A program made the position numbers and the translations under genes. From assembly GCA_964188305.1 (NCBI GenBank), contig OZ076885.1: a DNA stretch of 64,000 bases. One strand, written 5' to 3'. The DNA comes from Podarcis bocagei (Eukaryota). Each line of letters begins with the position of its first letter. Position 1 is the first letter of the stretch. The notes under the pieces were generated by a model. It had not been told where the DNA came from, did no database searches, and was given only the letters and a program-made list of their open reading frames with translations. Shown piece after piece: positions 1-11,501 of this stretch.

Positions 1-49
1 ATTAATTGTGTGATCTAGCCACGTATTTGATTCTTAACTGAAAACGGTG

Positions 50-470
50 GTTTGGATGTAATGCTAAACCATAGTTTAATGTTATGACAAAAAGCCTAAC
101 CTCCCTCCAGGCTCACATACTTCCCCTTCCTCATCTGGTGAGGCTGTAAGCGATTCAGAAGCCTTTTCTGATTTTTGCTTAATTACAGTTTGCCTTGTGT
201 TGTTTAAGCACAAATCAAACTATGGTTAATCCTAACTATGGTTATTGGAAACAGGACAACTTCAAACCATAGTTCATGAAGCTGATTCATGTTCACTTTC
301 CTTAGTTAATATTAATTACGTACACTTTTGGGTTTGGAGGATGGCTGAACTCTGCTTATTCATAAATAGAAACAGGAGGTTCTAATCTCCTCCTCACAGC
401 CTTGTGAAAGGAGCAGGGAGTATGTGAGCCTGGTGGAGAGGCTAGACTCAACCTCATAACATCTGAACAC
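50..470. mobile_element. Degenerate palindromic non-autonomous DNA element (MITE-like)
   Basis: Inverted pairs aggctcacatacttcc (~109) / gggagtatgtgagcct (~417); repeated aaaccatagtt/aactatggtt motifs. Confidence 0.45.
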
Positions 471-1297
471 ATCCTCTATGTTTAAAGCAGTTTATTGTAT
501 ATTTTTTTGCATTGAATGTTTGACAGTAAAAACGTTGGAGCCAAGCCAATCAGCTGCAGAAGACACACAGCTCTAAAGAAGCAAAATGGTCTTAAGGCTG
601 GAAGTTATAGTTTATTATAAAACGTTTAAAATACTACGTGCTGTCCAAAGAGTTCCTGCTAAAATATATTAATATATTACAATCTAAGAGTCAGGATACA
701 AAAGAGGAATATACAAGGTTATAGAAAGATTATGTATCGACCAGGTGGGATGGCTACTATAAGTGAATAGCTCAAACACCATTTATTTTCATAGGAATTT
801 ATAGTAAGGTATTGGCCTATGCTGTGATGCAGCCAGGTAGACTGGGGTTGCTGGCTGGACTAGGGTTAAACTGGTTTGCAGATCAAGCCTCAAAGAGTGC
901 AGTATTACACTTACAACATTAACAGGACAATTCACACCCAAAACTGAAGTGTGCTCAACAGGCAAGTGTTCATTTTGAACTTGGAATTGCATGCTTGGTG
1001 CCATGCTCTTGGAATTGCAGCTGAATGGAATCAGCTTCCAATGGAACTTAGACAAGCACCTAACACCTTTCGTTTTTAGGCAGTTATTGAAAACATATAT
1101 TGTAAAGAGGGCTTTCTCTGAACAGTAGCTTGGCCATTTTATATTGTACCCTGTGTGTAATTTTGCAATTTTATGCTTTTAAGACCTGTATTTTAAATCG
1201 TTATGTACATTTCATTTTTGCTATATATGTTGACTTTTGGCATTTCTGTTGTACAAATGCTTTGGAAGCATTTGTTGGAAAGTGGTTTACAAATCCT

Positions 1298-1335
<38 letters not shown>

Positions 1336-1552
1336 AATTTATTTATACCACACCCATCTGGCTGGGTTTCCCCAGCCACTCTGGGCGGCTCCCAACAGAA
1401 CATTAAAAACATGATGAAACATCAAACATTAAGAACTTCCCTAAAACTTCAGATGTCTTCCAAAAGTCAGATGGTTGTTTATTTCCTTGACATTTGATGG
1501 GAGGGCGTTCCACAGGGTGGGCGGCACTACTGAGAAGGCCCTCTGCCTGGTT
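1298..1552 (-). mobile_element. L2 LINE 3' end with (ATG)n tail microsatellite
   Basis: Reverse strand reads RAFSVVPPTLWNALP...TFGRHLK (L2 ORF2 end), then the gccgcccagagtggctggggaaacccagccagatggg tail; same tail recurs at ~20170, ~30650 and ~36650. Confidence 0.8.
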
Positions 1553-2395
1553 AAAGAGATGAAATGCTCTAATGATTGCATATGCTCCATGCACCCTTTC
1601 TACAGTGTATGGAAGAATTTGTATGCAGAGTCACTATTTGCATAATAAGTCACAATTTTTAAAGTCATTATTCCTGCAATATCCTACCACAGCTGCCACC
1701 GAAGTGCCCCCAAATTTTCTGCCTACTGAGCACCAAGCTCCTTATTTAAATGGCAGCAACTTTATAGCCCATCAAGTCTGGGGCAGTTCCACAAATTGCA
1801 ATATAACCCATGCACAACAAAAGTGAGTAGAGCCAAATGTGGAAGAACACTGTCATTTTACTAACCAAACTATTGTTTATGAAAGAAGATCTGCGTAATG
1901 TTGGGACTTGTATAATCAGAAATTGTTGGGTTACATTGGCACTCTGCTCTGCAATCCATATGAGATATAGTTGTGCCATGCAAAGGTCTCTTTCATAACA
2001 GCAGTGCCAATTTGTAGGCTCTGCTCCAGAGAGCATGTCCATCACATTGTGTTTAAAAGATGTGCTCAACATTTCCAGTATTTTAAAATCCCATCACCAC
2101 GAGGCAATTCCCTCTGCAGCAAGGCTATCTCAGCTTCCATTACAGTATATGAAGACTGGTTACGGCTGTACTGGTGCTAGAGAGGACCAGTGCAACTAAA
2201 AGAATGCTCTGAAGAACAACATTGTTTAAAATGTGCTTGGAAAGGTCCTGGGATGTTGCATAGATGCATCTGTTCCAAAGGCAAATGTATGTCTCAAGCA
2301 AGCAGCCGGTTAAGGCAAAGGCATTGAGATTAGTCCATTGTAACTACAAGTATTTGCATAAGACCTACACATTGGAGCATTTGGAGCCCAGGAAC

Positions 2396-2704
2396 CATGG
2401 CTGTCTTACCCACAGGCGCTAGGGGTGTGAAGCACCCAGGCGCCGGGCTCTCAGGGGCGCCAGGCCAAGAGTCCGGGGCCAAAGAGTTGAGTCCGGGGAA
2501 GAGCCAGCCCATCAGTTGGAGCGCTGCTCTGTGCTCTTCTGCTGCGGGTGGCTCTGCGCTGTGAGTTCGGGGGCGACCGAGCCAGCGAGATGCTGAGGTG
2601 GCCAGCAGGCTCCACCCTCCTGCGTGCTTGGGACTGGGCAACCTGGGGGGGGGGTGCTTGGCGGATCTTTGCACCCCGCGCCGCATATGCTTAAGACAGC
2701 CCTG
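2396..2704. mobile_element. Non-autonomous hAT element, CAGGGCYGTCTTA family, copy 1
   Basis: TIRs catggctgtctta / taagacagccctg; perfect 8-bp TSD CCAGGAAC (2388-2395, 2705-2712). Confidence 0.85.
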
Positions 2705-3100
2705 CCAGGAACTGACCATGTCACAAAACTGTCAGTTGTCAGTCCACAAGTATATACTGACAGTATTTTGGACTGGATAGTTTTAGGTACCGGACAGTCA
2801 TAGGCTGGAGCAGACCTGTAGTCCAGCATCCTGTTACCACAGTGACCAACCAGATGCTCTGTGTGAACCAGGTCTTGGTCTGGGGATTCAGTCAAGTGAT
2901 GCAGTTCTCTGCATATAAGGCACTTCCTTAGGAGTCAGAGATGCATGAGACCTACAGATGCAGCCCTACCATGAAGAACGGTGAAGTGATGGTCTTAGGC
3001 TGTTGATTTTGAGTGCTGGTGAGAATGGCAGAGCGGGACACAAACAAGCCTGACTCAAGGAGGCTAGGACACACATGAGGAGCCTGTGGTCCTCCAGATA

Positions 3101-3694
3101 CAGTGGTACCTCTGGTTTATACTTAATTCGTTCCAGAGGTCCATTTTTAACCTGAAACTGTTTTTAACCTGAAGCACCACTTTAACTAATGGGGCCTTCT
3201 GCTGCTGCCACGCCACCAGAGCACGATTTGTGTTCTCATCCTGAAGCATAGGCGCCGACTCCATGGGGCTTGAGGGGGCCCGAGCCCCCTCAAAAATTCG
3301 TTTGGGGGGGCTCCGCCCCCCCAATAATCTCCGGCGCCCCTCCAGCAGAGCGCCACCGCCGCCCCTCCCCCAGCCCAAAATGCACAGGGTCGGGCTGCAT
3401 GCCTCCTGCCCTCACTCCCGAGCAAAAGCTCCACCCAATTTCCGCTCCGGAGCTGATTAATAGGCGCAGCACGCTCTCCCCTATTCGCTCACGAGGAGTG
3501 CGGCGCCACTTTATCTGCATATTCATGAGCTTGTTTATTATTCATGAGCTTTCCCGGCCCCCCCAATATTTTTTATAAGTCCGCGTCCGTGTCCTGAAGC
3601 AAAGTTCTTAACCCGAAGTACTATTTTTGGGTTAGCAGAGTCTGTAACCTGAAGTGTATGTAACCTGAAGCATATGTAACCCAAGGTACCACTG
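3101..3694. mobile_element. Tc1/mariner (pogo/Tigger-like) MITE carrying a nested hAT element
   Basis: TIR CAGTGGTACC / GGTACCACTG, TA TSD at 3099-3100 and 3695-3696; an uninterrupted relative lies at 52942-53167. Confidence 0.9.
3247..3591. mobile_element. Non-autonomous hAT element nested in the Tc1/mariner MITE
   Basis: Perfect 8-bp TSD TCCTGAAG (3239-3246, 3592-3599); imperfect TIRs cataggcgccgact / agtccgcgtccgtg. Confidence 0.85.
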
Positions 3695-4379
3695 TATTGA
3701 TATACTCCAATTCCCATCACCGCAAGCCAGCACTGATGAGTGTTGTAGTCTAACCGCATCTGGAGGGCCACAGATTCCCCCCCACTTTGCTCTAGGGAGT
3801 TTTTTTGTGCAAATCTTTCTGCTGTTCATTTAATTGACTCTTATCCAGGAGAGCTTTCTAGGAGATTGTACCATGTTAATTAGCGGGAGGGTTTCACGTG
3901 GACATCCCACTTCACACACCAACATGTCTTTAGCCAGCAGAGAGAAAGTGTATGTGGAATTAATGTGTAAGTGGATTAACGTGGTTTGAGCTTTATCAAA
4001 TGCCTGGGAAAGGGGGGAAATGCCCATGAAAGTTAATGCTACAGCAAACCAGCCACAACGCTTTATTGTGTTTTCAAATCAGTGGGAACTTTGCCACTGA
4101 CTTCAGTGGGATGCGCCTCTCACCCAATGATCTTTTTAGGAAACAAAGCTAAAAATTAAACCATCCCCAAAAGAAACATTTTACAACATACTGTGGTGTC
4201 GCAGTAAACGCTTTTCAATAAACCCCAGCCTGCTTATTATTATTTTTAAAGGGTATTTCTCACCCATCCCTCCTTCCCCTCCACCAGAATATTGGAAGCA
4301 GCATAAATAAGAGCTGGACCCTTCTCAACCCAAAGTCCTTGCCAATAGTTTGTAATTCAATATCTGCGTTTCAAGGCTG

Positions 4380-7100
4380 GGTAAACCGGTGTCAATTGTA
4401 TTTGCCGTGTCGTTGTTTCAACGGCCCCCCTTTCCCTCCGCCAGAAAAAAGTAAGCGTTAAACTTCCGTTCAGTCTATGTGGACTGATGAAATGTAGGAA
4501 ATCTGTTTCTGGCGAGGAAAAAAAAAAAAGGTTTCCCAAAGAGAGCACCAAGTAGAGAGAGAGATCAGAAGTATGAAGAGTGGCAGTAGTGCTGCTGCTG
4601 CCGGGCTGCTCAGGCGAGGAAAGCAGGACGGACTGCAAGAGAAGAGCTTTGGGGCATCGCGCACAGAAAGTGAGTGAGAATTTTTTGCAAAGGGCGAGAG
4701 AGGCGGGCGTGAAATGCTGGCTGGCTACTAATAAATAGCCGGGGAGGTGGGGGGAAGAACTCTGGTGGCCGCCGCCGAGAAACATTAACAAACATCTGAC
4801 GAGGGTGGGTTTTTTCTTTCCTTTTTTGCAGCTGATCTAAACAAGGGGAGGGCGTGTGTTTAAGTGCGCGGCGCGTTGTTCGTTTCACTGCCGCAGTTCA
4901 GTTTAAGTGAGAAGACTGCAGAGGAAAAGGGAGCCGTTTTATCCCTATTCGGTCCGCACCTCCAGGGTTTTCTATTCTTTGTCCACCTCGCTCGCCTTGC
5001 AAGGCGTTGGCGAGCAAGCGGCTCACCTTCCCAGGCACTTTGGCAAGAAGGGAACGCGCTCTAGTCCTCTCGCCCACGCGGCGGGCTTAGTCTCGCCTCG
5101 CCAAAGTTTACAAACAAGCGTGCAGCGAGAGTCTGCTTTTCTGCGAGTTGAGAACGATCTCATTTTTAGTACAAAGTTTCAAAGTTGGCAGGAAAGGGAA
5201 AGAGGGGAACGGTGCGTTGTGCGCGCCGCTTTCTTCCAAGAGTCGTCGTTTCCACTTTCCGGAGCTTGCTCGCGCTCTGCAGCAGAGCTTTTTGCGCATG
5301 AAAGTCAGGGTTGAATGCAGATAAGAGAAAGCAATCTCCGCCCCCCAATGAATGCTGGCATTGTCTTTTCCCTTAATGAACGGGCTCATCGCGTATAGAG
5401 CGAAGCCCTCGCTTTAAGCCCTGTATGCGCATGAGGCGGGGAAATATTGTTGTACAGTATATACAGTATGTCCTATATCTGCAACATTGCGCCAGGAGGT
5501 AAAAGTATTGTTAAAGAAGCTAAGTTCAGATTTCTTTAGCGATCTGCAGAAACGAAGGGGGCGGGGCGGGTGGATCTAGAAGATCGTCAGAAGAAGAGCT
5601 CCATCCAAGGTGGGATGGAATACAAGGATTTCTGCAAATTAGATTTTTGTAGCCGGTCCAAAGAGGGATAAGTAACTAGGCACCTGGCGTTTCTTCGCAC
5701 ACCCTCCTGGATCCACTGGGGTCTAGGCCATCGTACGGTTGTATGGGGGGAATATCCAGTTTGAGCCTGGATATTCACTAATCAGTGCCTGACAGCCTGC
5801 TCAAGTCTCTTTGCGGGCTATAGGTAAGTGTGGCTAGGACTGCAGCGTAATTCTAGGCACGCCTTCTCCGAAGTGCCACTCGTGATCAGCAGGACTGCTC
5901 CCTTGGTGAGTGTGTGTAGGATTGCAGTGTAGGAGGATTACGCAGGGCGCTTCACTCTGCCCTGTTGCACCGATTTGAGGCGGTTCCGTTCAGATTGATA
6001 GCCCGCCACGTCTAGGACGTTGGGGTTCGGGTAGCAGGCAAAGCAAAATAAATAACTGCGAATGAAGGAACGCAGAAACGATCGTTCATGAAACAGAACA
6101 TCTACAGGAAATCTTCCGCCTTCTGCCGCAGGGCTAATCACGCTGTGTGCAAAAAAGAAATATAGTTACTTTTTTAAAAAATGCATTGTTCTCTGGAAAC
6201 ATCCGCAGTGAGCGTTGCAGCAAGTGTTGGCGGGGGCGGGGTCGCTGGGCAGAGCGCTTCCCTCGCTTAACTGCGGATCTGGAGGTTAACCCTGTCCAGC
6301 CCCGCTGGGACAGCGCTTTAAGGCCCAGCCCTCCCCGCTCCTTCCACGGCCGACCCCTCCTCCAACTCCCCTGCGGTGAAGAGAGATACAGACAAGCGAG
6401 CGAGACAGGCTCTCTATTCTTGATGTGTTTTGCAGGGGATCAGGTTACCGCCGGGCTTCTTCGGACTGCTGCTGCCCCCCACCCGCTCGAAAAATGATCG
6501 AAGCTCTTTCCAGGAGCGGGCGGTGGGTCGGGGGGGACGGGATCGGGGGAGGAGAGCTTTCCCCACTCCGTGGGGAGGGTTTTGCCTCCCTTGGCTTTGG
6601 ATAGGAAACGCAGGGAGCTTGTCTCTCTCTCTGCACCGCCCCCCCGCTCCTCCTCCCTGCCTTTCCCGTCGCATTGCAGGTTTCCCCCACCTTCTAACGC
6701 AGCTCTGCGTAGCTTCGCATTTGCCATCATGCACGTGAACTGCAAGGAGGAGGGGGGAGCGGGGGAGATTTTTAAAATGATTATTATTATCAGCCTTTCT
6801 CCAAAAAACGCATTAAATATTGGATCAGGGCTTCGGTGATGGCGATCCGACGGCGTGCCAGTTGTGATGGGCTTTGTGGCGGGCTGTGACTGAATGGGAA
6901 GCTCGCTGGCCTCCTGCAAGGCTGTTCGGAGGGGCCGTAGAGCGGCATGGGGGGACTAGGCGCGCCTGCCTTGCCGAGGTTTCGGGCCCTGCAGGCGCAA
7001 CGCTGATCGGCGGAGCGGGGCGGGTGGGTGGAGGTCGGTCGGTCTCATCTAGACTCCTTAGGGAGCGGCAGGAAAAGCAACAGGTTTGCTGTTAATGGTG
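4380..7100. promoter_or_regulatory. CpG island, probable GAS2 promoter region
   Basis: Sustained high CpG density against a CpG-depleted background; GC boxes (e.g. ggggcggggcgg ~5557-5569); no long ORF; ~20 kb upstream of the first GAS2 coding exon. Boundaries approximate. Confidence 0.75.
4560..4669 (+). other. Candidate non-coding first exon of GAS2
   Basis: Within the CpG island; ends at a good donor AAA|GTGAGT (4670-4675). Start is a guess. Confidence 0.4.
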
Positions 7101-7234
7101 GGATAGAAACAGATGCTAGCGTTGCAGTGGGCTTCCTGGTGGATAGTATCTCCCCAGGACCTCCTTTCATAGCAGGTTTCACCTCTAGAACATGCTGTAG
7201 AGTAATGGAGAAGGCTTAAGAACACCAGAAAGCG

Positions 7235-7560
7235 GTCACAGTAATCGTCCATCAGGCTCTGGATTGCCTGCATGGATTGGCAGTTGCTCTCCAGGGTTTT
7301 AGGCAAGAAGTCTTCCCTAGCCCTCTCTGGAGGCATGGCGTAGCCAGAATTTATGTTGGGCGGGGGGGAGAGAGGACCAAGCTATCCAGACTCCATTGGT
7401 CAGTTTAAGTATTTTTATTTATTTACTTGATTTAGGGGGGCAGCTGCCCCCTGCACCCCCCTGGCTATGCCCATGCCTGGAGCTGCTAGGGATTGAATTG
7501 TTACCAGGGACCTTCTGCAGGCAAAGCAAATGCTCCACTACAGAGCTGTGATCCCTCCCA
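7235..7560 (-). mobile_element. tRNA-derived Squam3-like SINE, interrupted by a small hAT MITE (7334-7475)
   Basis: Reverse strand agctctgtagtggagcatttgctttgcctgcagaaggtccc...aaaccctggagagcaactgcca; insert has catggcgtagcc / ggctatgcccatg ends and a degenerate 8-bp TSD. Confidence 0.65.
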
Positions 7561-7734
7561 CAATGAACTACACATCCTTTCCTTCCTCCACCAATCCCTG
7601 GGTTCTGAGCCTTCTTCCCCTGTTAGTTCCCCAGCGGGTTCCTCCCACCATTCCTCTGTGGCCAACCAGTCCATGGCAATCTTTCTCTCCTATTTCACTG
7701 AAGTTCTGGGCCACATGGGAGCAGCTTATGAGAC

Positions 7735-7950
7735 TCAGTTGTGGTGTAGTGGTTAGAGTGCTGGACTAGGAACTTGGAAGATCAGGGTTCAAATCACCAC
7801 TTGACTATCTGAAGTGACCTTGGGTCAGTCGCTGCCTCTCAGTCTAACCTACCTCTCAGAGTTGTTGTGGGGATAAAATGCAGAGCATGGGAAGAACCAT
7901 GTATCCTACCTTGTGCTCCTTGGAAGAAAGATGGGAGAGAAATATATTAT
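7735..7950 (+). mobile_element. tRNA-derived SINE (MIR/Squam2-like)
   Basis: A box tggtgtagtggttagagtg, B box ggttcaaatc, core gtgaccttgggtcagtc. Confidence 0.7.
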
Positions 7951-8049
7951 CTATAACAATAAGCTCCTGCTGTAGCTTCTACCTGAGCCACCATCACCTC
8001 TACCAATGGCGTTGCCAAGTCTGGTAATATGGCAACCATGTTTCTGGCC

Positions 8050-8420
8050 TCCTCTCTCTGTAGTGACCCAGGTCTTCTGGTTGTGATGTCTCAAAAAATG
8101 ATGTCAAAAAAAGGCAATAAAATTGGAAAAGAGTTCAGCGCAGCTTCCCTGCAATGGTTGACTTTTAAAATTTAGAAGGGCCAAGTTGGCCAAGAAGGAA
8201 CAGGATAGATTTATAAAATTATGCATGGTGAGACAGAGTCCCCCCCCCTTATAATACTAGAATTGAAAGTAATCCAGTGGAACTGTCAGTATTGGGAAAA
8301 TTAAATATTCCATACATCATACCATTAAACTATGGCCTTCTCTATGAGAAGATGTGGATACTGCTTTCAAGTTAGAGAAGAGGATCAGACAAATTTATGT
8401 AGGAGAATAAAACAGTTGAT
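8050..8420 (+). mobile_element. Degenerate CR1 LINE 3' fragment
   Basis: Motifs aattggaaaagagttcag, tttataaaattatgcatggtg and ggatcagacaaatttatg, typical of the CR1 ORF2 end. Confidence 0.5.
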
Positions 8421-9788
8421 TCTAGCTAAGAGAGGTATTTGCAACTTCCCAGTTCAGAAGTGGAATTCACTGAACTCCAGTTGCAGCAGCAAAATAACAG
8501 AATAGAGGTGTTACCTGGTTCTGTGCTTCCCAGAGGTATCTGGTTGGCCACTGGGACTAAGGCTGCTCTTATGTTCTCACATGATCTGAGTAGCATGGGA
8601 ATAAGATGCTGGTAAAGGGCTCTGTGCCATGAACGTAGCAGTAGAAGAGACCCGCAAATTGTAGGAGCCAACTAGGACAGCCTGACCATGTGATTATCAC
8701 ATCATCACTGCCCTGTCAGGTTGCTTCAAATGTTATGAAAGGTGCAGGTTAAATCTTTGAATTCAAAGATGTGATTTGAAGCTAACTTAAAAGCAAACAC
8801 TAGGGTTGTGCTCTGGATTCAGCAGAAACTAATTCCTGAGTCAGATTGTGTGGGATGTATTATCACTGAAGCAGTCAAGCACATTTTCCTGTTGCCTAGA
8901 GTGGACACACAGGGAGATGTGGCTCCAGACAGGGAGGACTTCCTCTCATACCTGCTCTGAAGCCTCCCCCCACCCCCGTGTGTGACCAGGTAGATAGGTG
9001 TGACCCTAGCAGACCCTACAAAAGGGCTAGCCATGTAGCCATCTTCCTCCCTTTTTGGACTCTTTTGCTCTTTTGCCATCTTCCTCTCTTCTGGCTCTTA
9101 GCACATGGATGGAAGTCACAAGGTAGAAAATCTGAGGCGTAGCTCAAACTTCTTTTCCCTACAAATGTAACTGTAACCACAAGAAAAAAGGCTGCCTTCA
9201 GAATACTACTGTGAACTGAATGCAAGTAAACTTTACTCTTACTTTTAAACAAGACTGTCGTGCTATTATTATTTTAAGAGGGAAATAAAAGGGGAAACTT
9301 ACCAGGAACAAGCCAGACTGGATTGCTCAGCTTAAATGATTCTAACAAATCCATCAACTTGCTTCCAGCAATCTTCAAGGGAATGTGCTCTGCTGCTTGC
9401 TCACTAGCGTGAGTGAGGAGGGATAATATTTAATCAATATATCCTCTGCGACATTCCCACAGATTTAGCCTACTGAATTAAGATTCAGGCCTTGGATGAG
9501 GTCTGGTTGAGACAGCCACCAATTCTTGCAGATTGGGTTGGATGACACAGAGGGAACTGGGGCTGTCCAGGGATGGGCTATCGGGCAAGCAGGAGAGGAA
9601 TGCATCAGGAGTGCTATGAAAGGCCAAGACCTATCTGACTGCTGTCTGGGTCTTTCATGGGAGATGGGAGGAGCCCAATGCAGCTTGACTCTCCTTTCTG
9701 CCTGATGCCCCGCAGGATCAATACCTCCACTCAACACCTGCTGTGATCTTGCATGGTGCAGGGCTCTTCTTTGTGGGTGCCTTCCCTG

Positions 9789-10052
9789 CAAGGCCGTCTT
9801 AAGGGTATCTGGTGCCATGGTGCAAAAATCCCTCCAGCATGCCCCCACCCACATTTCCCTCCCGGCGGGCAGGCTGGAGGGTGGCTCCTCCAGCAGGGAG
9901 GAGGCTCTGGGCGCGGTAGAGGGCAGCAGGGCAGAGGGCAGCAAGCTGTTGCTGGGAGGTGCCACATCCAGCCTCTTCTCTTCCTTGGCGCCCTTCAGAA
10001 CTTGGCACCGTAGTGCCCTATGCCACTAGCCCCTATGGGTAAGACGCCCCTG
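9789..10052. mobile_element. Non-autonomous hAT element, CAGGGCYGTCTTA family, copy 2
   Basis: TIRs caaggccgtcttaa / taagacgcccctg; TSD CTTCCCTG / CTTTCCTG (7/8); subterminal sequence matches copy 1 in the opposite orientation. Confidence 0.8.
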
Positions 10053-10625
10053 CTTTCCTGCAAAGGAGCTGCTTCAGAAGCAGCACTCTGCAGGATCTAT
10101 GCCTCCACTCAACAACTGTTGCATGGTCCTGCAATTGGTCCTGCATGGTGTTTCCCAGGATGCAAGCCACTTGTGAAGCAGCATCCTGAAGGCTCAATTC
10201 CTCTTCACAACAGCAAGCTTGCAAAGGAGCATCCTGCACAACTTAACCCCCATCCTTGATCGGAAGGGAAGGAGAAGGAGTTGCAGCAGCATCTTCCCCT
10301 CCCAAGCATATGTTTAACTCATTTGGGATTGGATTTGTGGGGGGGGGGGCAGGTGGTCCCTGGGTTGACCCAGATGGCCCCTTCTGGATCAGAGCCTGGT
10401 GGCAGATAGGGAGGGGGCAGCTTGAGCATGGAGGTTTCCCTTTTTCTAAATAGGTTAGAATATTTGTGCCAGGCTGAAGTCCTTGGTTTGGTTGACTGCA
10501 GTGTGCCAAGGTGAAATTAAAACATGTGGTGTGAACAAATGAACTGCAGGATCCAGAGTGCAGACTCATAGGTTCAATGGTGCCGTTGTCGTTCCAGTAT
10601 CTGCATAGTCCAATATCCACTATAG

Positions 10626-11145
10626 CAGTGTTTCCCAACCGGTGTTCCGCGGCACACTACTGTGCCGTGAGACATCGGCTGGTGTGCCATGGGAGGGAGG
10701 CGGGCGAGTCGGGCGGCGAGAGGCGGCGGCGGCGAGGATCCGCGTCGAGCCGGGGGCGGCTCCGCGGTGGTGGTGCCGAGCGGCGGGGCAGCGCGCGCAA
10801 AAGGGAGGAGCGCGAGACAGCGGAGGAGGAGGAGGCCGGCATGTCCGGGCAGCAGCAGCAACAACAGCAGCAGCAACTCCCGCCGCCGCCCCCTCCTCCG
10901 CCCGCTATCGCCGCCACCACCACAACAGCCGCCGCCGCCTCAGCTGCCGCCGTCCCTCAGTCCCTCGCTCTGCTGCCTCCTCCCACCCCGGCAAGGGGGA
11001 GGGAAAAAACTTTCACTTTTGTGCGTCCCTCCCGGCGTGACGCTGCGCGCTGACGTCACGGGGCGGGGCTTTAATGGTGGTGTGCCGCGAGATTTTTTTC
11101 CGGTAAACAGGTGTGCCGTTGCCCAAAAACGTTTGGGAAACACTG
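10626..11145. mobile_element. hAT (Charlie-like) non-autonomous element with captured GC-rich gene-like cargo
   Basis: TIRs CAGTGTTTCCCAA / TTGGGAAACACTG; perfect 8-bp TSD CACTATAG (10618-10625, 11146-11153); interior is CpG-rich. Confidence 0.92.
10841..11053 (+). pseudogene. Captured gene 5' fragment inside the hAT (RANBP9-like N-terminus, then unrelated sequence)
   Basis: gccggcATG start; MSGQQQQQQQQQLPPPPPPPPAIAA... resembles the recalled RANBP9 start MSGQPPPPPPQQQQQQQQLSPPPPAALA. Low-complexity sequence, so the identity is tentative. Confidence 0.5.
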
Positions 11146-11501
11146 CACTATAGCAGTCAGAAATGCAGAACTGGATGTGAGACATGTTGCATTTCACACT
11201 GTTTGACAATTCTTGGATCTTGGGAAACAGGAATCATCCGAGGCAGAGAGAAATATACCTGTGCTTGCAGCATGCAAACTGTATTTCGTTGCAGTTCATT
11301 AAATTTTTTTAAAAAAGCATTCCCAAGACTGAACAGACTCAGATTGCCCAAGTTAACCACTCCATTCCATATGTAAAACCTTCATTTTTTTGTCAAATCT
11401 TTTTTGTTAAGTTTTACATTGCAAATTAAAATTCAAACATTAAACATGAACATAATCATTTAGAACAGGCTTCCGCAACCTCGGCCCTCCAGATGTTTTG
11501 A

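Larger units (their letters stand above)
3070..3790. mobile_element. hAT MITE (cctccagatgtt...catctggagggcc family) interrupted by a Tc1/mariner MITE
   Basis: Left half cctgtggtcctccagaTA; right half ...tactccaattcccatc...gttgtagtc..catctggagggccacagattcccc; matches the uninterrupted halves seen at 13890-13990 and ~16545-16650. Confidence 0.7.

Noticed and set aside
1130-1497. PolyM and polyD ORFs
   Set aside because: Translations of the (ATG)n microsatellite at an L2 tail.
5820-5930. Splice donors (GGTAAGT, GGTGAGT) in the CpG island
   Set aside because: They resemble part of a small palindromic repeat family also seen at ~19340-19420, ~50820-50890 and ~54320-54400, so they are not independent evidence of exons.
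4380-7100. FANCF, the single-exon neighbour of GAS2 in mammals
   Set aside because: No long ORF or FANCF-like translation on either strand of the CpG island; it may lie outside the window.
10577-11053. 158-aa ORF as a resident host gene
   Set aside because: It begins outside the element and runs through the hAT TIR; the gene-like part is confined between TIRs with a TSD and has no evident splice continuation.
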